The notes under the pieces: generated by a model
What the model was told of the DNA's origin: nothing
Databases searched by the model: none
What the model saw: only the letters and a program-made list of their open reading frames with translations
Program-made: the position numbers and the translations under genes
DNA from: an uncultured Bacilli bacterium
GTDB taxonomy: Bacteria > Bacillota_I > Bacilli_A > RF39 > UBA660
Reading direction: 5' to 3'
Length of the DNA stretch: 64,000 nucleotides
Assembly (NCBI GenBank): GCA_944350315.1
Contig: CALVON010000001.1
Span: 10,033-74,032, forward strand
Shown: piece after piece, positions 1 through 12,400 of the stretch
Layout of the letters: each line of letters opens with the position of its first letter
Numbering within the stretch: position 1 is the first letter of the stretch

Positions 1-86
1 GCAAATGTAGCTCCAATTATAGCTACTACTAAAGTTGCTACACCTATAACTCCATAAAAAATTCCTCTACCATTATTATTTTCCAC
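1..86 (-). CDS. N-terminal fragment of a CDS that runs off the left edge (hydrophobic signal/anchor segment)
   Basis: AGGAGG lies 8 nt upstream of a GTG at 86..84. It reads VENNNGRGIFYGVIGVATLVVAIIGATFA. Too short to appear in the ORF track. Confidence 0.3.
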   Translation of the reverse strand, partial: MENNNGRGIFYGVIGVATLVVAIIGATF

Positions 87-171
87 TTTTCTTTCCTCCT
101 TTACTATAAACATGATAACAAAAATTTATTAAAATTGCAATATCTTTTACTAAATTTTTAAACTAAATTTT

Positions 172-1941
172 TTAATTAATATAATTTTCAGATACTATAG
201 GTACTTCCGTCTTATCTGAATTAGTAAGACCCATAGTAGGGAAAATAATATCATTATTTTCTTCTGTAACTTGTTTCAATTTTGATAATACATTTGTAGG
301 CTTAACAGTTCCAATATTTTTTATTTCTGGAAGTGAAGAATCTTTATCATCTTTATCAACATTTTTATCAGTAATTTCAAATTCATTATCATCTAAAAAT
401 GGATCTACTTCCTTAAATAAATCAATATCTTCATTATCTTTAGGCTCATCAATAAATATTTCTGCAGGAATAGAAATATCTTGATTTGATGGTATATTTA
501 CCTTTATTTCTCCATCTTCTATATCATCATCAGTAAAAATATCTTTTGTACTTAATTCAACCCCCACGCTATTAGTATTTTCAATAGCTGTGTCCAAAAC
601 ATCTTGTTTCTTTTCTTCTTCCAATTTTTCATCTGCTTCTTTTAATTTATCTCTTTTAGCACTAAATTTTTTAGGTTCTAAAACAATAACAACTTTTTTC
701 ATAACAAGCTTAGCTATATCACTAGCAGCCTTAACATCAATTTTAACCGGTTCTTTTACTTTAACAACTAAATTAGCAGGCTTAGAAGCAGTATCTTTTT
801 CAACATCATCATCTTTTAAAATAATATCGTCATTATTATCATCTATATTATCATTATCTTTATTAATTGAAAATTCATTTAATAAATCTACTATTTCTTG
901 TCTATTATTACTTCCTTCTAATTCTTCTAATCTATCTTCATAATTTGAAATTTCTAATATTAACTTATCAATATTTTCAATATTAAATTTTTGAGATTTA
1001 ATAATGTTCAAATGCTCTTTGCATATATTAGAAAAATATTCTAACATATCTCTATCTTTTATAGATAACTCTTTTCTATCAGTAGCTCTATCCTCAAGTA
1101 ATTTTTCGATTTTCAATCTTTTATCATACAACTTATCATAATCCGTTATTTTATCTAATACCAATTTATAAATATTCAAAATATAGTTTTTTTCTAAACA
1201 TGCATAGTAATCTTCTTTGGCATCTTGTACATATGATAAATATTCTTCTCTCTCAGCACCACTTATTCCTGAAACACTAAGTGCATCATAAGAAGAAATA
1301 AAAGTATTCATTACTTCTCTTTTATCAATAATAGAAGTATTAATTTTCTCTAATTCTAAATCAATATCCAAATAATTCAAATTTTTGTAATATTCGTCAT
1401 TGATAATTACCTTATTAAATTCTTCAACTAATTCTTCTTCTAATTTATTATTTATTATCTCATTATTAGACTTATTTTCATATTTTTCTTCTAATTCACG
1501 TCTTTTTTCATCAAGTGTTCTTTTTATAGAATTAATTTCTTGAACGTTTGATAAATAATCAGATATGTTATCCAATCTTAATTTATAATCAGGCAAATCA
1601 TCTTCTTCTAATACCCTATCAATACTATCTAAAAAATTACCTGTAACATTTAAATAATCATCAATAAATTTGTTTCTTTCATCAATTCTATCCTCTATAC
1701 ATTTTATTAAATCAATTAATCTCTCTTTTTCCTCTTCTAAAGTAGTAGTTGTATACATCTTACTAGCTAATTTTTCTTCATATAATTTTCTTCTATAGGC
1801 ATCAATTTGAATTGCCGTATCCTCATACTCTTTTAACATATCACTTCTATTTTTAAAATTACCAAGCATAATACTCATACGTAATATTTTAAATTTTTTT
1901 TCTAAAATAGAATCTTTATCGACAAAAATTTGCTTTATCAT
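172..1941 (-). CDS. Acidic coiled-coil protein with no TM segment; last gene of the F1-like ATPase array
   Basis: 589-aa ORF with a GGAGGTG RBS before the ATG at 1941 and a 15-nt gap to the gamma-like gene. Composition is heptad-like and E/K/D/L/I-rich, with a very acidic C-terminal third. No family recognised. Confidence 0.6.
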   Translation of the reverse strand: MIKQIFVDKDSILEKKFKILRMSIMLGNFKNRSDMLKEYEDTAIQIDAYRRKLYEEKLASKMYTTTTLEEEKERLIDLIKCIEDRIDERNKFIDDYLNVTGNFLDSIDRVLEEDDLPDYKLRLDNISDYLSNVQEINSIKRTLDEKRRELEEKYENKSNNEIINNKLEEELVEEFNKVIINDEYYKNLNYLDIDLELEKINTSIIDKREVMNTFISSYDALSVSGISGAEREEYLSYVQDAKEDYYACLEKNYILNIYKLVLDKITDYDKLYDKRLKIEKLLEDRATDRKELSIKDRDMLEYFSNICKEHLNIIKSQKFNIENIDKLILEISNYEDRLEELEGSNNRQEIVDLLNEFSINKDNDNIDDNNDDIILKDDDVEKDTASKPANLVVKVKEPVKIDVKAASDIAKLVMKKVVIVLEPKKFSAKRDKLKEADEKLEEEKKQDVLDTAIENTNSVGVELSTKDIFTDDDIEDGEIKVNIPSNQDISIPAEIFIDEPKDNEDIDLFKEVDPFLDDNEFEITDKNVDKDDKDSSLPEIKNIGTVKPTNVLSKLKQVTEENNDIIFPTMGLTNSDKTEVPIVSENYIN

Positions 1942-1956
1942 ACATACACCTCCAAA

Positions 1957-2721
1957 TTACAATAATTTTTTAAAGTTTTCAACACTCTTTAGTATACTTT
2001 TTTCTTTCTTAGACTTTATTTCTTCATGCTTCATTTCTTCTTCTCTTTCTTTAATTTTATCAAGTGCTGAAGATGTAATCTGACTTCTTAAAACATTCTC
2101 AGCCGCATATGATATACTTTCACACATTTTTAATTCATAACAAATATAAAATGTCATTAAACTTCCTAATATTTGATCAACATTTGTCTCCATCACAAAA
2201 TCTTCGCCCTCATAATACTCCCCTTTAAATTCGACAGGAAACAACTGAATTTTAACAAATTCAAAAGAAGTCAAAGAATAAAAATGATTATAATATACAT
2301 TAATTTCACTATAATTTTGTGATATTATTGCTTCATCAATACATCTTTCAATCTCTACAAATCTCTTAAAGAAATCATCTTTATTAATTTTTAATAAAAT
2401 TTTATCATCTCTATAATTTATTTTTTTCCCAATTATAATTTTATAACAATCAAGATCTTTCTTTATTTGTCTACTAATCGAAGAATTGAAATTACCACAA
2501 AAACCATAATCATTAGCTATATATATATTTAGCTTAGGTTTATTTTTATCTGGTATCAATATTTTTTTATCTAAGATTAAATTTTTATTATACATAATTC
2601 TTGATAAAATATCAGTAATTTCTTTACCAACATTTCTATATTTTTCAGCATCTTTTAAAGCTTTATCCATTTTAAGAAGTGCTTGGAAGTTCATAACTTT
2701 AACAACATTTTTAATTTTCAT
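1957..2721 (-). CDS. F1 ATPase gamma-subunit-like protein (divergent)
   Basis: 254 aa. The N-terminal helix (MKIKNVVKVMNFQALLKMDKALKDAEKY) and C-terminal helix (ISYAAENVLRSQITSSALDKI) resemble the two AtpG coiled-coil helices (ITKAM.MVAA.K and ASE..AR..AM..AT.NA). GGGAGG RBS. Confidence 0.55.
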   Translation of the reverse strand: MKIKNVVKVMNFQALLKMDKALKDAEKYRNVGKEITDILSRIMYNKNLILDKKILIPDKNKPKLNIYIANDYGFCGNFNSSISRQIKKDLDCYKIIIGKKINYRDDKILLKINKDDFFKRFVEIERCIDEAIISQNYSEINVYYNHFYSLTSFEFVKIQLFPVEFKGEYYEGEDFVMETNVDQILGSLMTFYICYELKMCESISYAAENVLRSQITSSALDKIKEREEEMKHEEIKSKKEKSILKSVENFKKLL

Positions 2722-2733
2722 GAAATTCCTCCC

Positions 2734-3273
2734 TTATAATCTTTTATAATTTTTTTTCTTTAAAATCTCCTGATTAATCACAATATTATTTAAAAGTTTA
2801 AATGTAATATATGTAAAATATAAAAATATAAATATAATTACTAAACCTAATATTATTAGTAAAAAAATTGACGTATGTTTATCTATCAGATAATTATATA
2901 TCATACTACTAACATAAATACACAAAGAATTAATTGCGCAAAATAACAAATCAACAGGAATTCTTTTATACATTTTAGATACAATATCTGAACCAATCAT
3001 AAAGAAAACCATAATCAGTATATATATATAATTAAGTCCAGAAAAAGTAGCTGTTGCCCATATTAAAAATATATAATTAAGGGTAAGTAGACTAAATGAT
3101 AAAATTGACCTATTATTCATTCCTAAAAATAAACCATAAAATTTAACTTTATTTGTTTTTACATTATAATTTTTTAAAGTTAACTTAAAAGTAATTGCTA
3201 ATATTATCAAAAATATTAAAGCTACAAATAAGAAATTAACTACATTGCCTAATATATCAATACTTTTATTCAT
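2734..3273 (-). CDS. Polytopic membrane protein (about 5 TM helices), unknown family, inserted between the epsilon-like and gamma-like genes
   Basis: 179 aa and hydrophobic throughout. I could not find the a-subunit type conserved Arg (LRL..N) motif. Confidence 0.55.
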   Translation of the reverse strand: MNKSIDILGNVVNFLFVALIFLIILAITFKLTLKNYNVKTNKVKFYGLFLGMNNRSILSFSLLTLNYIFLIWATATFSGLNYIYILIMVFFMIGSDIVSKMYKRIPVDLLFCAINSLCIYVSSMIYNYLIDKHTSIFLLIILGLVIIFIFLYFTYITFKLLNNIVINQEILKKKNYKRL

Positions 3274-3274
3274 T

Positions 3275-6217
<2,943 letters not shown>

Positions 6218-6218
6218 A

Positions 6219-6983
6219 TTATACATTCCTTTCACTTAAACTAAAATCATATACCTTATTTCTATATATAATTTTAATACCCCTGTATATTTTATCATTG
6301 AATACTGTATTAATGTATTCACTTAGATGATCATAATTTTCACTCTTATTTCCAACCAATATTGTAATTTTTGGATTATTTAAATCTACTAATTGATCTA
6401 AGTACCCTATAAAATTATCAACGCTCTTTTCACTTACTACAAGGCAAAAAGCTTCATATACCTTATATTCTTTACTATTAAGCATTTTTTTAATTTTTTC
6501 GTCTTGTTCCAAAGACGTCATACTCTTAAGCTCATATATAACATCACTAGTAAACTTACCCCTCAAATTAAGACAAAATTCATAATTTTTATTTTCATCA
6601 CATAAAGATAAAAAGTCTTTAATCAATTCTTCATAATTAACTACAAAATTATCATCAATAAATTTATTAACCTCTAATAAACTTTTATCCTGATATTTAG
6701 CACTATTAAGTAGTTCAATTATATTCGTATCAAAAGCAATTTTTTTATCCTCTTTATTACTATTATCTTCTTTTATTCCCTTTTCTTTATTCTTAATTAA
6801 TTCATCAATTTCTAATAGTTTATTTTCCTTCTCAGTAATTAAATCATCATAACCTTGAAGTTTATTTATAAAATAAGACTTAGTTTGAGAATTAACAATT
6901 CCAACCGTCTTCTTTAATATCATAAACATTAAAAACACAAGAAAAGTAATAATCAAACTAACAATAATAAATAACGTTACCAT
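6219..6983 (-). CDS. Single-TM coiled-coil protein, candidate fused b/delta-like stator subunit
   Basis: 254 aa with an N-terminal TM (LFIIVSLIITFLVFLMFMIL) followed by a charged helical stretch. The C-terminal end (ITILVGNKSE...IYRGIKIIYRNKVYDFSLS) is reminiscent of the delta/OSCP C-terminus (..liGG..v.vgd.viD.S). It sits where atpF-atpH sit in canonical operons. Confidence 0.45.
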   Translation of the reverse strand: MVTLFIIVSLIITFLVFLMFMILKKTVGIVNSQTKSYFINKLQGYDDLITEKENKLLEIDELIKNKEKGIKEDNSNKEDKKIAFDTNIIELLNSAKYQDKSLLEVNKFIDDNFVVNYEELIKDFLSLCDENKNYEFCLNLRGKFTSDVIYELKSMTSLEQDEKIKKMLNSKEYKVYEAFCLVVSEKSVDNFIGYLDQLVDLNNPKITILVGNKSENYDHLSEYINTVFNDKIYRGIKIIYRNKVYDFSLSERNV

Positions 6984-6984
6984 T

Positions 6985-7297
<313 letters not shown>

Positions 7298-7301
<4 letters not shown>

Positions 7302-8029
7302 TTGCTTTTATATAATACACTTAAATTATAAGGTTTACTAAGCAATACTTTATCATTAAATGACATAAAATATCTTTCTGTTAAATTTACATTTATATAT
7401 TCTGAAGTAACACTGACATTTTTTCCCTCTACCTCTATTACTTCACTAAAATCGTTTGCATAATCATAATATACTAAAGTATTATTGCCAACCACTGATA
7501 CATAAGAACCACCGCTAAGCTCTTTATATAAAACATCATTAATTAACAAGTTGGCATCATATGGAAAGAAAAATAAATCTTCTCCATCATACATAAAGAA
7601 ATATTCATAAAATGAAGAATCAGTACCATTTTTAATACTATGAATACTATCGTCATTAATATAACTTGCATACTTATAAATACGATATTGGCTTCCTTCT
7701 CTTAAAGGAAAAGCTACAATCATTTCCTGTGGAAATATTACTTCTAATCTATCTTTATAATATATTGGCGTCGAATCATAATCTATTTTTTTATCTTTTG
7801 CTTTAATATCGACAATTTTCTCTTTCATGTCATATGTAATTACTGCCGTGTATTCTGTTTTAATACCTCCAAAATACTGATAAACTAAAGTGTCTCGTTT
7901 ATCTCTATAATTATCATATTGATATTCCCTATATAGAAAATAAAGGGTAATAAGTAACCCAAATACAACAATTATTGGTATAAATATTTTATATTTTTCC
8001 TGAAAAATTTTTTTAATCTTATTACCCAT
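7298..8029 (-). CDS. Single-pass (N-terminal TM) extracytoplasmic protein, unknown family
   Basis: 243 aa with TM IFIPIIVVFGLLITLYFLY, then a beta-rich, Y/D/N-rich domain. GGGAGG RBS and a 2-nt gap to the upstream gene. Confidence 0.6.
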
Positions 8030-8031
8030 AA

Positions 8032-9471
8032 TTACCTCCCAAACTTAAACGAATAACTACTATTAATATCTATTGTTCCAAAACTTCCCAAAACATTAAC
8101 AACTGATAATTTTAATTGTGTATTTTTATCAATATTATAACCAGATATATCGAAGGTTCCCATAATATACTTCAAATTTTCTGAAACTATTAAATTATCA
8201 TCGATAGATGCACTTTTTTTAACAGTAGAACCATCTGTAGGATCCACTTCATAATAATCAAATGATAAATTGACTTTTATATTATCAACTTTATAGCCAC
8301 TTTCCAAATATACTTTATAAGTAATTGTGTTATTGACACTGCTAACTTTATACACCTCTATAGAATATTCTGGTTTTTTAGTTGTTACATTCATTTTGTC
8401 GAATGTATTTCTAATTATTTCTCCAGAATCATCTGCAGTAGTATAAACAAAACTTAATTCATACATCGTATCTGGAGCAAGATTATCAAAAACAACATGT
8501 GTATCATTTTTGGATAAATATATAACTTCTAATTTACCATCTTTTAGAATTTCAACATATACTGACTTGTATTCATTATAAGGATCATATACTACATAGT
8601 CGACATCTATTTGTGACAACCCAGAAGTAACTCTTACTACTGAAGTCATTTTTGTCTTATCTTTAATATCTTCTATATCACTATTATCATTTCCACTACC
8701 GCCATTATTAACAACACCACTTCCACTACCACCATTACTACCTACCTGATTATTACCACTACTATTACCAGCGCCATTATCAGTACCATCATCATCATCT
8801 TCTTCTTCAGGAACATATTGGTTTGTAGTACCTATAATTTTCTTTAAATCAATATCATAATTACCAAAATTAATAATTTCATTATTAATATCGAAACGAT
8901 ATTTTGCTGTAACTAAAATAGTTGGCGTAATTGTCTTTAAATTAACTTTATTGTTAGATAGTTTCGCATTTCCTAGTTTATCAAGTTCTACTAACAAATA
9001 GTTACTCGCCTGGACATTATTATCACTACTCTTAATCTCTCTATCAACTACTAAATATTCCCTATCGGCGAGTTTATAAAATTTTGTATTAGTAGTATTA
9101 GGTAAAATTGTTTCATCAACATTTTTAACAATTTTTCCGTCTTCTTGAATTTCATAAAAGTCGCCATATAATTTCAATGAACCTGTAATTTCATTATAGA
9201 CAATAACTTTTTTCCCTAAAGAAATTTCCTTATCTTGATAAACTAAATAATAATTATCGTTCCATCTTATTTTTAACTTTGCATCATCATCAACTTGTAT
9301 ATAATTTTTATCAGTATCTTGAATAATAGCTCCAGATTCAATTAAATATTCTACTTTTAATGCTTTTGTATACTTGTAAATAAACAAGGAGAAAACAAAA
9401 ACAACTAAAACCATTAAAATCAAAATAACTAAAAAACTTCTTTTATTCCTTATATCATATTTTCTCCTCAT
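8032..9471 (-). CDS. Single-pass surface protein: TM, membrane-proximal domain, acidic/Gly-Ser-Asn linker, FN3-like domains
   Basis: 479 aa with TM FLVILILMVLVVFVFSLFIY, linker EEEDDDDGTDNGAGNSSGNNQVGSNGGSGSGVVNNGGSGNDNSD, and an FN3-like signature DTMYELSFVY. GGAGGA RBS overlaps the stop of the giant gene. Confidence 0.65.
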   Translation of the reverse strand: MRRKYDIRNKRSFLVILILMVLVVFVFSLFIYKYTKALKVEYLIESGAIIQDTDKNYIQVDDDAKLKIRWNDNYYLVYQDKEISLGKKVIVYNEITGSLKLYGDFYEIQEDGKIVKNVDETILPNTTNTKFYKLADREYLVVDREIKSSDNNVQASNYLLVELDKLGNAKLSNNKVNLKTITPTILVTAKYRFDINNEIINFGNYDIDLKKIIGTTNQYVPEEEDDDDGTDNGAGNSSGNNQVGSNGGSGSGVVNNGGSGNDNSDIEDIKDKTKMTSVVRVTSGLSQIDVDYVVYDPYNEYKSVYVEILKDGKLEVIYLSKNDTHVVFDNLAPDTMYELSFVYTTADDSGEIIRNTFDKMNVTTKKPEYSIEVYKVSSVNNTITYKVYLESGYKVDNIKVNLSFDYYEVDPTDGSTVKKSASIDDNLIVSENLKYIMGTFDISGYNIDKNTQLKLSVVNVLGSFGTIDINSSYSFKFGR

Positions 9472-9479
9472 TTTTCCTC

Positions 9480-12400
9480 CTAATTGTTATTTTCCATATC
9501 TTTAACATAAGCAACACTTGCTGTAAATGATGGATTATATGCTGCTGTTAAATTAACTAATTTTTCTGGATCATTAGGATCTTTAACATCAAAACTAAGT
9601 GTTATTAAATAATACATTCCTTCAGTATTTTTAATACCATCATTTCTCGTTATTACATACATCCCATATCCTGATTCATCATTAAATTCAAATTTATTTT
9701 TATCACCAATCGTATCAGTACCACTTACAATAAGACCACCATTAAATTCATCATCTAAACTGATAGAATAATTAACATTGACTACATTATCAAAGTTAGT
9801 ACCACTTCTAAATAACACAATATAACTATTATCTGTAATAACATAAGAAATATCATGTCCAAATGTTACCCCATAGCTATCAGTAGTATAAATAGAATGA
9901 CTTCTGCTAACTTCATAAGTTCTATCTTCTTTTGGTATATCTTGACTATAATTATTAACATAAGCATCACTATATACCATAATAGAATATTTTGTATCGG
10001 CATCTAAATCAGTAATTCTAATTTTTTTATTAACTACCAAAGCATCAAATTCATAATTTTCATATTCCTCAATATCAACATATGTCCCGTCGCTACTAAC
10101 TTCCTGCAAAGTACCAACAATATCACCGGATGAATTAACTAATTTTACAAAATATTTACCATTTACTATAGTTCTATCTAAATCATTAACATTAATTGTA
10201 AAATCAATAAAATATTTTCCATCTTCGTATCCCGCTTTTCTAGTCACTACAAATGATGGTTCTCTTAATGCCGTTAACTTAAATATTCTATCTTTACTAG
10301 GTATTAAATTAACATACTGTCTTCCCTCTACATAATCACCATTAACATCTTTTTCATACAAAGATGCTACTGCATATATAAAAATGTAATAATTTTTATT
10401 ATATTCTAAATCATACTTTGTAATATCTTCTTGACTAACAATTGTACTACTAACATCTCCATCAAGAATTTCTTTTTTGAATATATATCCAGAATCTTTT
10501 GTACATGTATTATCTTCACATATCATGTACATAACATCAAAATTGTAAGGATAATTATTTTGATATCTTGTTAAATTAATCTTAGTATTAAGTATTCTAT
10601 TTCCATATATCGTATCGTCTACTTGATAAGTAACTTCTCTATTCGTATATAAACTTTCCCCATTTTTTGTTCCAAAAGAATAAGTTTTTGTTTCATAGCT
10701 ATCTCTTACACTCTCATCAAATAATTGTGTAAATTCATATTTACCATTTTTATATAAATAAGCATAAACATTAAAGTAATATTTTTCACTACTTGTTACT
10801 GAAGCTACACCATCAATAACCGCTTCATATGTTTTATTAGGATTATCAACATCTACTTTAATTTTTACTCTAGGTCTAACAATAGAACTAACATCATGAT
10901 TAAGAGCATCATTTTCATTTTTCCAAACATCAATATATAAATAATATTCTCCGTCTTCATTTTTTATATCATTTAAATCAAGGCCAGATATTGAAAGAGC
11001 CATTACAGAGCCATTAATCAAACTTGTCCTTTGACTAACACTAACTTTAGGGGTAATACTACTAAATGAAAATGTATTATTATCGCACTTCATAGTATCT
11101 ACAGAAATCATTTTTGGATTAAGAATACCATAACTAGAATTATATCCTAAACTAGATAACCCTATATTATTAATGTTATTATAATTATTATTATTCATCA
11201 TACTTTTATAGAATAAAGACGTTCTTTCAGCATTATTAAATGAATAAGTATAATAACCTTTAGTAACATTTAATTCTTCACTCCACAAAGATATCTTTCC
11301 ATTTTTATCAAACGAAATATACTTACCATATTCTGATGTGTTATTATTTTGCATTATCATATATTGGTAGTCCTTACCATCACCAACTGTATAATCATAA
11401 CCAGTAAGTCCATTATCATATAAAGCCTCAATCGTAACTGAAATTATATTTGTCTTGTCAACACTAGATTGCATACCTGCATTTTTTAAATCGATATAAT
11501 CAACAGAAAAGCATCTAGCCTCATTATCAGAAGCAGCACATTTAGATAATTGCCATAATTCTTTATTTAATTCATTACCTAAAGAATCTTTAAATTTAAC
11601 TCTATAACTAACAACTCGATTTAATATTTCTTCACTAGCTAATAATTTAATTGTCACTTTATTGTCAGTAAGTGGATTATTAATAATTTCATACTCAAAA
11701 TTATATATTTCATCATTTGCATCATAAAAACCATCAAATAATACTACACCTTCATCCTTACCATCTAAATAATTAACCACATCATCATCTATTACACCAG
11801 TATTTTTAATATTCTTCTTATAGTATAGTTGATAAGTATCGTTATTATTAAGTCCTGACACTATAATATCACCACTATATTCTTTATTGCCAGTAGAACT
11901 AATAGATAATTTTTGTTCAATCCCACCATTAACTTTATAATAAAAGCCATAATCAACATCGCTGCTTTCTCTATATAAAGCATTATCAGGATCAGTAATT
12001 ACATATCTATATGTAATACTATTAGCATCTGATTTAGCAATATACATTCCTACTTTAGGAGTTTCCTTAGTTGTATAATCAGTCTTTTTATATACTCCAT
12101 AATCAGATGGTGAATCTGCATTATTACTTGAAGGATATAAACTACTTCCAGAATCAGAACTAACTTCAATTTCATAACCTACATAATAACTATTGCCTCT
12201 TACCATCGTCAAACTAGTAGTTCCATATTCAATTCCATAATCCATATACACTTCAGTAAGGTAATTTCCTATTTCTAAATCGCTTATTGACTCACTTATC
12301 TTATCTACTAAAACTAATTCATCAGAATCGTTCTTTATATAAAATTTTACTTTATTAAAGTTCTTATCATACACATATATATTTATCTTCTGTGGCATTA

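Noticed and set aside
590-943. Antisense or shadow ORFs from the track. Plus strand: 590-943, 14179-14397, 18128-18439, 21696-21893, 26765-27001, 38204-38587, 41811-42011, 42507-42791, 43629-43817, 45581-45820, 48883-49104, 49129-49452, 56260-56490, 62539-62772, 62932-63117. Minus strand: 18421-18630, 23675-23881, 24001-24270, 32269-32526, 48256-48456.
   Set aside because: All lie inside, and opposite to or out of frame with, much longer ORFs that have recognisable families. Their low-complexity S/L/F/I/Y-rich translations are typical of the reverse frames of AT-rich genes, and they have no RBS.
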